The notes under the pieces were generated by a model that searched no databases, was not told the origin of the DNA, and worked only from the letters and a program-made list of their open reading frames with translations. DNA of 64,000 bases from contig OZ024742.1 of NCBI GenBank assembly GCA_964016885.1, forward strand, positions 168,826,001 to 168,890,000. Reading direction: 5' to 3'. Source of the stretch: Eledone cirrhosa (taxonomy: Eukaryota). This document shows, piece by piece, positions 41,201 through 54,200 of this stretch (its first letter is position 1; each line of letters begins with the position of its first letter). Position numbers and translations under genes: made by a program.

Positions 41201-42188
41201 TTGGACGGCTGGAAATTATCTCCCCTTGATTTTTTTTACAAATTATCTCCCCCTGATTTTTTTTACAAATTATCTACACCTGATTTTTTTACAAATTATC
41301 TCCCCCTGATTTTTTTTACAAATTATCTCCGCCTAATTTTTTTAAATATTATCTTCCCTTGGCTGGCGGGAAATTATCTCCCCTTGGACGGCTGAAAATT
41401 ATCTCCCCTTGGACGGCTGGAAATTATCTCCCCTTGATTTTTTTTACAAATTATCTCCCCCTGATTTTTTTTTACAAATTATATCCCCCTGATTTTTTTT
41501 TACAAATTATCTCCCCCTGATTTTTTTTACAAATTATCTCCCCTTGGCTGGCTGGAAATTATCTCCCCTTGGAGGCTGGAATTTATCTCCCCTTGGACGG
41601 CTAGAAATTACCTCTCCTTGGACGGCTGGAAAATATGTCCTTGGACGGCTGGATATTATCTACCCTTGGACGGCTGGAAATTATCTCCCCTTGGACGGCT
41701 GGAAATTATCTCCCCTTGGACGGCTAGATATTATCTCCCCTTGGACGGCTGGAAATTATCTCCCCTTGATTTTTTTTACAAATTATCTCCCCCTGATTTT
41801 TTTTACAAATCTAATGATTTTTAAAAAAAAATTATCTCCCCTTCGCTGGCTGGAAATTATCTCCCCTTGGACGCTGGAAATTATAGCCCCTTGGAGGGCT
41901 GGAAATTATCTTCCCTTGGACGGCTGGAAATTATCTTCCCTTGGACGGCTGGAAATTATCTCCCCTTGGCTCGAAATTATCTCCCCTTGGACGGCTAGAA
42001 ATTATCTCTCTTTGGACGGCTGGAAATTATCTCCCTTTGATTTTTTTTACAAATTATCTCCCCCTGATTTTTTTTACAAATCTCCCCCTGATTTTAAAAA
42101 AAAAATTATCTCCCCTTCGCTGGCTGGAAATTATCTCCCCTTGGACACTGGAAATTATAGCCTCTTGGAGGGCTGGAAATTATCTTCC
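20213..42188. repeat. Super-unit 2 (21976 bp)
   Basis: Landmark spacing 20239 to 42215 and 19568 to 41544 is 21976. Confidence 0.88.
25831..29770. repeat. 1917-bp higher-order repeat, about 2 tandem copies
   Basis: ORF offsets 26093/28010, 26663/28580 and 27358/29275 are all 1917. The private variant GATTTTCTTTAC occurs at about 27667 and 29584. Confidence 0.9.
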
Positions 42189-42216
42189 CTTGGACGGCTG
42201 GAAATTATCTCTGCTT
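41806..42216. repeat. Diverged landmark cassette, copy 2
   Basis: Same diagnostic variants as 19830-20240 at offset 21976, plus a private T5A9 to T4A10 change at about 42096. Confidence 0.9.
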
Positions 42217-45200
42217 GATTTTTTTTACAAATTATCTCCCCCTGATTTTTTTTTACAAATTATCCCCCCCGATTTTTTTTACAAATTATCTCCCCCTGAT
42301 TTTTTTTACAAATTATCTCCCCTTGGACGGCTGGAAATTATCTCCCCTTGGACGGCTGGAAATTATCTCCCCTTGGACGGCTAGAAGTTACCTCTCCTTG
42401 GACGACTGAAAATTATCTCCCCTTGGACGGCTGCAAATTATCTCCCCTTGATTTTTTTTACAAATTATCTCCGCCTGATTTTTTTTTTAAAATTATCTCC
42501 CCTTGGACGGCTGGAAATTATCTCCCCTTGGACGGCTGGAAATTATCTCCCCTTGGACGGCTAGAAGTTACCTCTCCTTGGACGGCTGGAAATTACCTCC
42601 CCTTGGACGGCTGGAAATTATCTCCTTGGACGGCTAGAAATTACCTCTCATTGGACGGCTGAAAATTATCTCCCCTTGGACGGCTGGAAATTATCTCCCC
42701 TTGATTTTTTTTACAAATTATCTCCCCCTGATTTTTTTTTACAAATTATCTCCCCCTGATTTTTTTTTTACAAATTATCTCCGCCTGATTTTTTTTTAAA
42801 TTATCTCTCCTTGGACGGCTGGATATTATCTCCCCTTTCATTTTTTTTACAAATTATCTCCCCCTGATTTTTTTTTACAAATTATCTCCCCCTGATTTTT
42901 TTTTACAAATTATCTCCCCCTGATTTTTTTTTACAAATTATCTACCCCTGATTTTTTTTTACAAATTATCTCCCCCTGATTTTTTTTACAAATTATCTCT
43001 CCCTGATTTTTTTTTACAAATTATCTCCCCCTGATTTTTTTTTACAAATTATCTACCCCTGATTTTTTTTTACAAATTATCTCCCCCTGATTTTTTTTAC
43101 AAATTATCTCCCCCTGATTTTTTTACAAATTATCTCCCCCCGATTTTTTTTACAAATTATCTCCGCCTAATTTTTTTAAATATTATCTTCCCTTGGCTGG
43201 CGGGAAATTATCTCCCCTTGGACGGCTGAAAATTATCTCCCCTTGGACGGCTGGAAATTATCTCCCCTTGATTTTTTTACAAATTATCTCCCCCTGATTA
43301 TTTTTTACAAATTATCTCCCCCTGATTTTTTTTTACAAATTATCTCCCTCTGATTTTTTTTACAAATTATCTCCCCTTGGCTGGCTGGAAATTATCTCCC
43401 CTTGGAGGCTGGAATTTATCTCCCCTTGGACGGTTAGAAATTACCTCTCCTTGGACTGCTGGAAAATATGTCTCCTTGGACGGCTGGAAATTATCTCCCC
43501 TTGGACGGCTGGAAATTATCTCCCCTTGGACGGCTGGAAATTATCTCTCCTCGGACGACTAGAAATTACCTCTCCTTGGACAGCTGAAAATTATCTCCCC
43601 TTGGACGGCTGGAAATTATCTCCCCTTGATTTTTTTTACAAATTATCTCCCCCTGATTTTTTTTTACAAATTATCTCCCCCTGATTTTTTTTTACAAATT
43701 ATCTCCCCCTGATTTTTTTTACAAATTATCTCCCCCTGATATTTTTTACAAATTATCTCCCCCTGATTTTTTTACAAATTATCTCCCCTTGGCTGGCTGG
43801 AAATTATCTCCCCTTGGAGGCTGGAATTTATCTCCCCTTGGACGGCTAGAAATTACCTCGCTTTGGACGGCTGGAAAATATGTCTCCTTGGACGGCTGGA
43901 AATTATCTCCCCTTGGACGGCTGGAAATTATCTCCCCTTGGACGGCTAGATATTACCTCCTCTTGGACGGCTGGAAATTATCTCCCCTTGATTTTTTTTA
44001 CAAATTATCTCCCCCTGATTTTTTTTTACAAATTATCTCCCCCTGATTTTTTTTACAAATTATCTCTCCCTGATTTTTTTTTACAAATTATCTCCCCCTG
44101 ATTTTTTTTTACAAATTATCTACCCCTGATTTTTTTTTACAAATTATCTCCCCCTGATTTTTTTTACAAATTATCTCCCCCTGATTTTTTTTACAAATTA
44201 TCTCCCCCTGATTTTTTTACAAATTATCTCCCCCCGATTTTTTTTACAAATTATCTCCGCCTAATTTTTTTAAATATTATCTTCCCTTGGCTGGCGGGAA
44301 ATTATCTCCCCTTGGACGGCTGAAAATTATCTCCCCTTGGACGGCTGGAAATTATCTCCCCTTGATTTTTTTACAAATTATCTCACCCTGATTATTTTTT
44401 ACAAATTATCTCCCCCTGATTTTTTTTTACAAATTATCTCCCTCTGATTTTTTTTACAAATTATCTCCCCTTGGCTGGCTGGAAATTATCTCCCCTTGGA
44501 GGCTGGAATTTATCTCCCCTTGGACGGTTAGAAATTACCTCTCCTTGGACTGCTGGAAAATAGGGTCTCCTTGGACGGCTGGAAATTATCTCCCCTGGGA
44601 CGGCTGGAAATTATCTCCCCTTGGACGGCTGGAAATTATCTCTCCTCGGACGACTAGAAATTACCTCTCCTTTGACAGCTGAAAATTATCTCCCCTTGGA
44701 CGGCTGGAAATTATCTCCCCTTGATTTTTTTTACAAATTATCTCCCCCTGATTTTTTTTTACAAATTATCTCCCCCTGATTTTATTTTACAAATTATCTC
44801 CCCCTGATTTTTTTACAAATTATCTCCCCCTGATATTTTTTACAAATTATCTCCCCCTGATTTTTTTACAAATTATCTCCCCTTGGCTGGCTGGAAATTA
44901 TCTCCCCTTGGAGGCTGGAATTTATCTCCCCTTGGACGGCTAGAAATTACCTCGCCTTGGACGGCTGGAAAATATGTCTCCTTGGACGGCTGGAAATTAT
45001 CTCCCCTTGGACGGCTGGAAATTATCTCCCCTTGGACGGCTGGAAATTATCTCCCCTTGGACGGCTAGATATTACCTCCCCTTGGACGGCTGGAAATTAT
45101 CTCCCCTTGATTTTTTTTACAAATTATCTCCCCCTGATTTTTTTTTACAAATTATCTCCCTGATTTTTTTTTACGAATTATCTCCCCCTGATTTTTTTTT

Positions 45201-48200
45201 ACAAATTATCTCCGCCTGATTTTTTTTTAAAAATTATCTCCCCTTGAACGGCTGGAAATTATCTCCCCTTGGACGGCTGGAAATTATCTCCCCTTGGACG
45301 GCTAGAAATTACCTCTCCTTGGACGGCTGAAAATTATCTCCCCTTGGACGGCTGCAAATTATCTCCCCTTGATTTTTTAACAAATTATCTCCCCCTGATT
45401 TTTTTTTACAAATTATCTCCCCCTGATTTTTTTTTACAAATTATCTACGCCTAAGTTTTTTTACAAATTATCTCCCCCTGATTTTTTTTTACAAATTATC
45501 TCCCCCTGATTTTTTTTACAAATTATCTCCCCCTGATTTTTTTTTACAAATTATTTCCCCCTGATTTTTTTACAAATTATCTCCCCCCTGATTTTTTTTA
45601 CAATCTCCGCCTGATTTTTTAAAAAATTATCTTCCCTTGGCTGGCGGGAAATTATCTCCCCTTGGACGGCTGGAAATTATATCCCCTTGGACGGCTGGAA
45701 ATTACCTCCCCTTGGACAGCTGGAAATTATCTGCCCTTGATTTTGTTTTTACAAATTATCTCCCCCTGATTTTTTTTACAAATTATCTCCACCTGATTTT
45801 TTAAAAAATTATCTCCCCTTGGACGGCTGGAAATTATCTCCCCTTGATTTTTTTACAAATTATCTCCCCCTGATTTTTTTTACAAATTATCTCCCCCTGA
45901 TTTTTTTTTTACAAATTATCTCCCCCTGATTTTTTTACAAATTATCTCCCCCTGATTTTTTTTACAAATTATCTCCGCCTGATTTTTTTAAATATTATCT
46001 TCCCTTGGCTGGCGGGAAATTATCTCCCCTTGGACGGCTGAAAATTATCTCCCCTTGGACGGCTGGAAATTATCTCCCCTTGATTTTTTTTACAAATTAT
46101 CTCCCCCTGATTTTTTTTTACAAATTATCTCCCCTGATTTTTTTTTACAAATTATCTGCCCCTGATTTTTTTTACAAATTATCTCCCCCTGATTTTTTTA
46201 CAAATTATCTCCCCTTGGCTGGCTGGAAATTATCTCCCCTTGGAGGCTGGAATTTATCTCCCCTTGGACGGCTAGAAATTACCTCTCCTTGGACGGCTGG
46301 AAAATATTTCTCCTTGGACGGCTGGATATTATCTACCCTTGGACGGGTGGAAATTATCTCCCCTTGGACGGCTGGAAATTATCTCCCCTTGGACGGCTAG
46401 ATATTACCTCCCCTTGGACGGCTGGAAATTATCTCCCCTTGATTTTTTTTACAAATTATCTCCCCCTGATTTTTTTTTTACAAATTATCTCCCCCTGATT
46501 TTTTTACAAATTATCTCCCCCTGATTTTTTTTACAAATTATCTCCGCCTGATTTTTTTAAATATTATCTTCCCTTGGCTGGCGGGAAATTATCTCCCCTT
46601 GGACGGCTGAAAATTATCTCCCCTTGGACGGCTGGAAATTATCTGCCCTTGATTTTTTTTACAAATTATCTCCCCCTGATTATTTTTTACAAATTATCTT
46701 TCCCTGATTTTTTTTTACAAATTATCTCCCCCTGATTTTTTTTACAAATTATCTCCCCCTGATTTTTTTACAAATTATCTCCCCTTGGCTGGCTGGAAAT
46801 TATCTCCCCTTGGTGGCTGGAATTTATCTCCCCTTGGACGGCTGGAAATTATCTCTCCTTGGACGGCTAGTAATTACCTCTCCTTGGACGGCTGGAAAAT
46901 ATGTCTCGTTGGAGGGCTGGAAATTATCTCCCCTTGGACGGCTGGAAATTATCTCCCCTTGGACGGCTGGAAATTATCTCTCCTTGGACGGCTAGAAATT
47001 ACCTCTCCTTGGACGGCTGAAAATTATCTCTCCTTGGACGGCTGGAAATTATCTCCCCTTGGACGGCTAGATATTACCTCCCCTTGGACGGCTGGAAATT
47101 ATCTCCCCTTGATTTTTTTTACAAATTATCTCCCCCTGATTTTTTTTTACAAATTATCTCCCCCTGATTTTTTTTTACAAATTATCTACGCCTAAGTTTT
47201 TTTACAAATTATCTCCCCCTGATTTTTTTTTACAAATTATCTCCCCCTGATTTTTTTTACAAAATATCTCCCCCTGATTTTTTTTTACAAATTATTTCCC
47301 CCTGATTTTTTTACAAATTATCTCCCCCCTGATTTTTTTTACAATCTCCGCCTGATTTTTTAAAAAATTATCTTCCCTTGGCTGGCGGGAAATTATCTCC
47401 CCTTGGACGGCTGGAAATTATATCCCCTTGGACGGCTGGAAATTACCTCCCCTTGGACAGATGGAAATTATCTGCCCTTGATTTTGTTTTTACAAATTAT
47501 CTCCCCCTGATTTTTTTTACAAATCATCTCCACCTGATTTTTTAAAAAATTATCTCCCCTTGGACGGCTGGAAATTATCTCCCCTTGATTTTTTTACAAA
47601 TTATCTCCCCCTGATTTTTTTTACAAATTATCTCCCCCTGATTTTTTTTTTACAAATTATCTCCCCCTGATTTTTTTACAAATTATCTCCCCCTGATTTT
47701 TTTTACAAATTATCTCCGCCTGATTTTTTTAAATATTATCTTCCCTTGGCTGGCGGGAAATTATCTCCCCTTGGACGGCTGAAAATTATCTCCCCTTGGA
47801 CGGCTGGAAATTATCTCCCCTTGATTTTTTTTACAAATTATCTCCCCCTGATTTTTTTTTACAAATTATCTCCCCCTGATTTTTTTTTACAAATTATCTC
47901 CCCCTGATTTTTTTTTACAAATTATCTGCCCCTGATTTTTTTTACAAATTATCTCCCCCTGATTTTTTTACAAATTATCTTCCCTTGGCTGGCTGGAAAT
48001 TATCTCCCCTTGGAGGCTGGAATTTATCTCCCCTTGGACGGCTAGAAATTACCTCTCCTTGGACGGCTGGAAAATATTTCTCCTTGGACGGCTGGATATT
48101 ATCTACCCTTGGACGGGTGGAAATTATCTCCCCTTGGACGGCTGGAAATTATCTCCCCTTGGACGGCTAGATATTACCTCCCCTTGGACGGCTGGAAATT

Positions 48201-51200
48201 ATCTCCCCTTGATTTTTTTTACAAATTATCTCCCCCTGATTTTTTTTTTACAAATTATCTCCCCCTGATTTTTTTACAAATTATCTCCCCCTGATTTTTT
48301 TTACAAATTATCTCCGCCTGATTTTTTTAAATATTATCTTCCCTTGGCTGGCGGGAAATTATCTCCCCTTGGACGGCTGAAAATTATCTCCCCTTGGACG
48401 GCTGGAAATTATCTCCCCTTGATTTTTTTTACAAATTATCTCCCCCTGATTATTTTTTACAAATTATCTTTCCCTGATTTTTTTTTACAAATTATCTCCC
48501 CCTGATTTTTTTTACAAATTATCTCCCCCTGATTTTTTTACAAATTATCTCCCCTTGGCTGGCTGGAAATTATCTCCCCTTGGTGGCTGGAATTTATCTC
48601 CCCTTGGACGGCTGGAAATTATCTCTCCTTGGACGGCTAGTAATTACCTCTCCTTGGACGGCTGGAAAATATGTCTCGTTGGAGGGCTGGAAATTATCTC
48701 CCCTTGGACGGCTGGAAATTATCTCCCCTTGGACGGCTGGAAATTATCTCTCCTTGGACGGCTAGAAATTACCTCTCCTTGGACGGCTGAAAATTATCTC
48801 TCCTTGGACGGCTGGAAATTATCTCCCCTTGGACGGCTAGATATTACCTCCCCTTGGACGGCTGGAAATTATCTCCCCTTGATTTTTTTTACAAATTATC
48901 TCCCCCTGATTTTTTTTACAAATTATCTACACCTGATTTTTTTACAAATTATCTCCCCCTGATTTTTTTTACAAATTATCTCCGCCTAATTTTTTTAAAT
49001 ATTATCTTCCCTTGGCTGGCGGGAAATTATCTCCCCTTGGACGGCTGAAAATTATCTCCCCTTGGACGGCTGGAAATTATCTCCCCTTGATTTTTTTTAC
49101 AAATTATCTCCCCCTGATTTTTTTTTACAAATTATCTCCCCCTGATTTTTTTTTACAAATTATCTCCCCCTGATTTTTTTTACAAATTATCTCCCCCTGA
49201 TATTTTTTACAAATTATCTCCCCCTGATTTTTTTACAAATTATCTCCCCTTGGCTGGCTGGAAATTATCTCCCCTTGGAGGCTGGAATTTATCTCCCCTT
49301 GGACGGCTAGAAATTACCTCGCCTTGGACGGCTGGAAAATATGTCTCCTTGGACGGCTGGAAATTATCTCCCCTTGGACGGCTGGAAATTATCTCCCCTT
49401 GGACGGCTGGATATTATCTACCCTTGGACGGCTAGATATTACCTCCCCTTGGACGGCTGGAAATTATCTCCCCTTGATTTTTTTTACAAATTATCTCCCC
49501 CTGATTTTTTTTTACAAATTATCTACCCCTGATTTTTTTTTACAAATTATCTCCCCCTGATTTTCTTTACAAATTATCTCCCCCTGATTTTTTTACAAAT
49601 TATCTCCCCCCGATTTTTTTTACAAATTATCTCCGCCTAATTTTTTTAAATATTATCTTCCCTTGGCTGGCGGGAAATTATCTCCCCTTGGACGGCTGAA
49701 AATTATCTCCCCTTGGACGGCTGGAAATTATCTCCCCTTGATTTTTTTTACAAATTATCTCCCCCTGATTTTTTTTTACAAATTATCTCCCCCTGATTTT
49801 TTTTTACAAATTATCTCCCCCTGATTTTTTTTTACAAATTATCTGCCCCTGATTTTTTTTACAAATTATCTCCCCCTGATTTTTTTACAAATTATCTTCC
49901 CTTGGCTGGCTGGAAATTATCTCCCCTTGGAGGCTGGAATTTATCTCCCCTTGGACGGCTAGAAATTACCTCTCCTTGGACGGCTGGAAAATATTTCTCC
50001 TTGGACGGCTGGATATTATCTACCCTTGGACGGGTGGAAATTATCTCCCCTTGGACGGCTGGAAATTATCTCCCCTTGGACGGCTAGATATTACCTCCCC
50101 TTGGACGGCTGGAAATTATCTCCCCTTGATTTTTTTTACAAATTATCTCCCCCTGATTTTTTTTTTACAAATTATCTCCCCCTGATTTTTTTACAAATTA
50201 TCTCCCCCTGATTTTTTTTACAAATTATCTCCGCCTGATTTTTTTAAATATTATCTTCCCTTGGCTGGCGGGAAATTATCTCCCCTTGGACGGCTGAAAA
50301 TTATCTCCCCTTGGACGGCTGGAAATTATCTCCCCTTGATTTTTTTTACAAATTATCTCCCCCTGATTATTTTTTACAAATTATCTTTCCCTGATTTTTT
50401 TTTACAAATTATCTCCCCCTGATTTTTTTTACAAATTATCTCCCCCTGATTTTTTTACAAATTATCTCCCCTTGGCTGGCTGGAAATTATCTCCCCTTGG
50501 TGGCTGGAATTTATCTCCCCTTGGACGGCTGGAAATTATCTCTCCTTGGACGGCTAGTAATTACCTCTCCTTGGACGGCTGGAAAATATGTCTCGTTGGA
50601 GGGCTGGAAATTATCTCCCCTTGGACGGCTGGAAATTATCTCCCCTTGGACGGCTGGAAATTATCTCTCCTTGGACGGCTAGAAATTACCTCTCCTTGGA
50701 CGGCTGAAAATTATCTCTCCTTGGACGGCTGGAAATTATCTCCCCTTGGACGGCTAGATATTACCTCCCCTTGGACGGCTGGAAATTATCTCCCCTTGAT
50801 TTTTTTTACAAATTATCTCCCCCTGATTTTTTTTACAAATTATCTACACCTGATTTTTTTACAAATTATCTCCCCCTGATTTTTTTTACAAATTATCTCC
50901 GCCTAATTTTTTTAAATATTATCTTCCCTTGGCTGGCGGGAAATTATCTCCCCTTGGACGGCTGAAAATTATCTCCCCTTGGACGGCTGGAAATTATCTC
51001 CCCTTGATTTTTTTTACAAATTATCTCCCCCTGATTTTTTTTTACAAATTATCTCCCCCTGATTTTTTTTTACAAATTATCTCCCCCTGATTTTTTTTAC
51101 AAATTATCTCCCCCTGATATTTTTTACAAATTATCTCCCCCTGATTTTTTTACAAATTATCTCCCCTTGGCTGGCTGGAAATTATCTCCCCTTGGAGGCT

Positions 51201-54200
51201 GGAATTTATCTCCCCTTGGACGGCTAGAAATTACCTCGCCTTGGACGGCTGGAAAATATGTCTCCTTGGACGGCTGGAAATTATCTCCCCTTGGACGGCT
51301 GGAAATTATCTCCCCTTGGACGGCTGGATATTATCTACCCTTGGACGGCTAGATATTACCTCCCCTTGGACGGCTGGAAATTATCTCCCCTTGATTTTTT
51401 TTACAAATTATCTCCCCCTGATTTTTTTTTACAAATTATCTACCCCTGATTTTTTTTTACAAATTATCTCCCCCTGATTTTCTTTACAAATTATCTCCCC
51501 CTGATTTTTTTACAAATTATCTCCCCCCGATTTTTTTTACAAATTATCTCCGCCTAATTTTTTTAAATATTATCTTCCCTTGGCTGGCGGGAAATTATCT
51601 CCCCTTGGACGGCTGAAAATTATCTCCCCTTGGACGGCTGGAAATTATCTCCCCTTGATTTTTTTACAAATTATCTCCCCCTGATTATTTTTTACAAATT
51701 ATCTCCCCCTGATTTTTTTTTACAAATTATCTCCCTCTGATTTTTTTTACAAATTATCTCCCCTTGGCTGGCTGGAAATTATCTCCCCTTGGAGGCTGGA
51801 ATTTATCTCCCCTTGGACGGTTAGAAATTACCTCTCCTTGGACTGCTGGAAAATATGTCTCCTTGGACGGCTGGAAATTATCTCCCCTTGGACGGCTGGA
51901 AATTATCTCCCCTTGGACGGCTGGAAATTATCTCTCCTCGGACGACTAGAAATTACCTCTCCTTGGACAGCTGAAAATTATCTCCCCTTGGACGGCTGGA
52001 AATTATCTCCCCTTGATTTTTTTTACAAATTATCTCCCCCTGATTTTTTTTTACAAATTATCTCCCCCTGATTTTTTTTTACAAATTATCTCCCCCTGAT
52101 TTTTTTTACAAATTATCTCCCCCTGATATTTTTTACAAATTATCTCCCCCTGATTTTTTTACAAATTATCTCCCCTTGGCTGGCTGGAAATTATCTCCCC
52201 TTGGAGGCTGGAATTTATCTCCCCTTGGACGGCTAGAAATTACCTCGCCTTGGACGGCTGGAAAATATGTCTCCTTGGACGGCTGGAAATTATCTCCCCT
52301 TGGACGGCTGGAAATTATCTCCCCTTGGACGGCTAGATATTACCTCCCCTTGGACGGCTGGAAATTATCTCCCCTTGATTTTTTTTACAAATTATCTCCC
52401 CCTGATTTTTTTTTACAAATTATCTCCCCCTGATTTTTTTTTACAAATTATCTACCCCTGATTTTTTTTTACAAATTATCTCCCCCTGATTTTTTTTACA
52501 AATTATCTCTCCCTGATTTTTTTTTACAAATTATCTCCCCCTGATTTTTTTTTACAAATTATCTACCCCTGATTTTTTTTTACAAATTATCTCCCCCTGA
52601 TTTTTTTTACAAATTATCTCCCCCTGATTTTTTTTACAAATTATCTCCCCCTGATTTTTTTACAAATTATCTCCCCCCGATTTTTTTTACAAATTATCTC
52701 CGCCTAATTTTTTTAAATATTATCTTCCCTTGGCTGGCGGGAAATTATCTCCCCTTGGACGGCTGAAAATTATCTCCCCTTGGACGGCTGGAAATTATCT
52801 CCCCTTGATTTTTTTACAAATTATCTCCCCCTGATTATTTTTTACAAATTATCTCCCCCTGATTTTTTTTTACAAATTATCTCCCTCTGATTTTTTTTAC
52901 AAATTATCTCCCCTTGGCTGGCTGGAAATTATCTCCCCTTGGAGGCTGGAATTTATCTCCCCTTGGACGGTTAGAAATTACCTCTCCTTGGACTGCTGGA
53001 AAATATGTCTCCTTGGACGGCTGGAAATTATCTCCCCTGGGACGGCTGGAAATTATCTCCCCTTGGACGGCTGGAAATTATCTCTCCTCGGACGACTAGA
53101 AATTACCTCTCCTTGGACAGCTGAAAATTATCTCCCCTTGGACGGCTGGAAATTATCTCCCCTTGATTTTTTTTACAAATTATCTCCCCCTGATTTTTTT
53201 TTACAAATTATCTCCCCCTGATTTTATTTTACAAATTATCTCCCCCTGATTTTTTTTACAAATTATCTCCCCCTGATATTTTTTACAAATTATCTCCCCC
53301 TGATTTTTTTACAAATTATCTCCCCTTGGCTGGCTGGAAATTATCTCCCCTTGGAGGCTGGAATTTATCTCCCCTTGGACGGCTAGAAATTACCTCGCCT
53401 TGGACGGCTGGAAAATATGTCTCCTTGGACGGCTGGAAATTATCTCCCCTTGGACGGCTGGAAATTATCTCCCCTTGGACGGCTGGAAATTATCTCCCCT
53501 TGGACGGCTAGATATTACCTCCCCTTGGACGGCTGGAAATTATCTCCCCTTGATTTTTTTTACAAATTATCTCCCCCTGATTTTTTTTTACAAATTATCT
53601 CCCTGATTTTTTTTTACGAATTATCTCCCCCTGATTTTTTTTTACAAATTATCTCCGCCTGATTTTTTTTTTAAAATTATCTCCCCTTGAACGGCTGGAA
53701 ATTATCTCCCCTTGGACGGCTGGAAATTATCTCCCCTTGGACGGCTAGAAATTACCTCTCCTTGGACGGCTAGTAATTACCTCTCCTTGGACGGCTGGAA
53801 AATATGTCTCGTTGGAGGGCTGGAAATTATCTCCCCTTGGACGGCTGGAAATTATCTCCCCTTGGACGGCTGGAAATTATCTCTCCTTGGACGGCTAGAA
53901 ATTACCTCTCCTTGGACGGCTGAAAACTATCTCTCCTTGGACGGCTGGAAATTATCTCCCCTTGGACGGCTAGATATTACCTCCCCTTGGACGGCTGGAA
54001 ATTATCTCCCCTTGATTTTTTTTACAAATTATCTCCCCCTGATTTTTTTTTACAAATTATCTCCCCCTGATTTTTTTTTACAAATTATCTACGCCTAAGT
54101 TTTTTTACAAATTATCTCCCCCTGATTTTTTTTTACAAATTATCTCCCCCTGATTTTTTTTACAAATTATCTCCCCCTGATTTTTTTTTACAAATTATTT

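Noticed and set aside
41544-42218. Longest ORF (224 aa; 184-aa versions at 19568 and 60968)
   Set aside because: It is a read-through of satellite monomers. The extra length results from one T-to-A change at ~42096 that removes a TAA.
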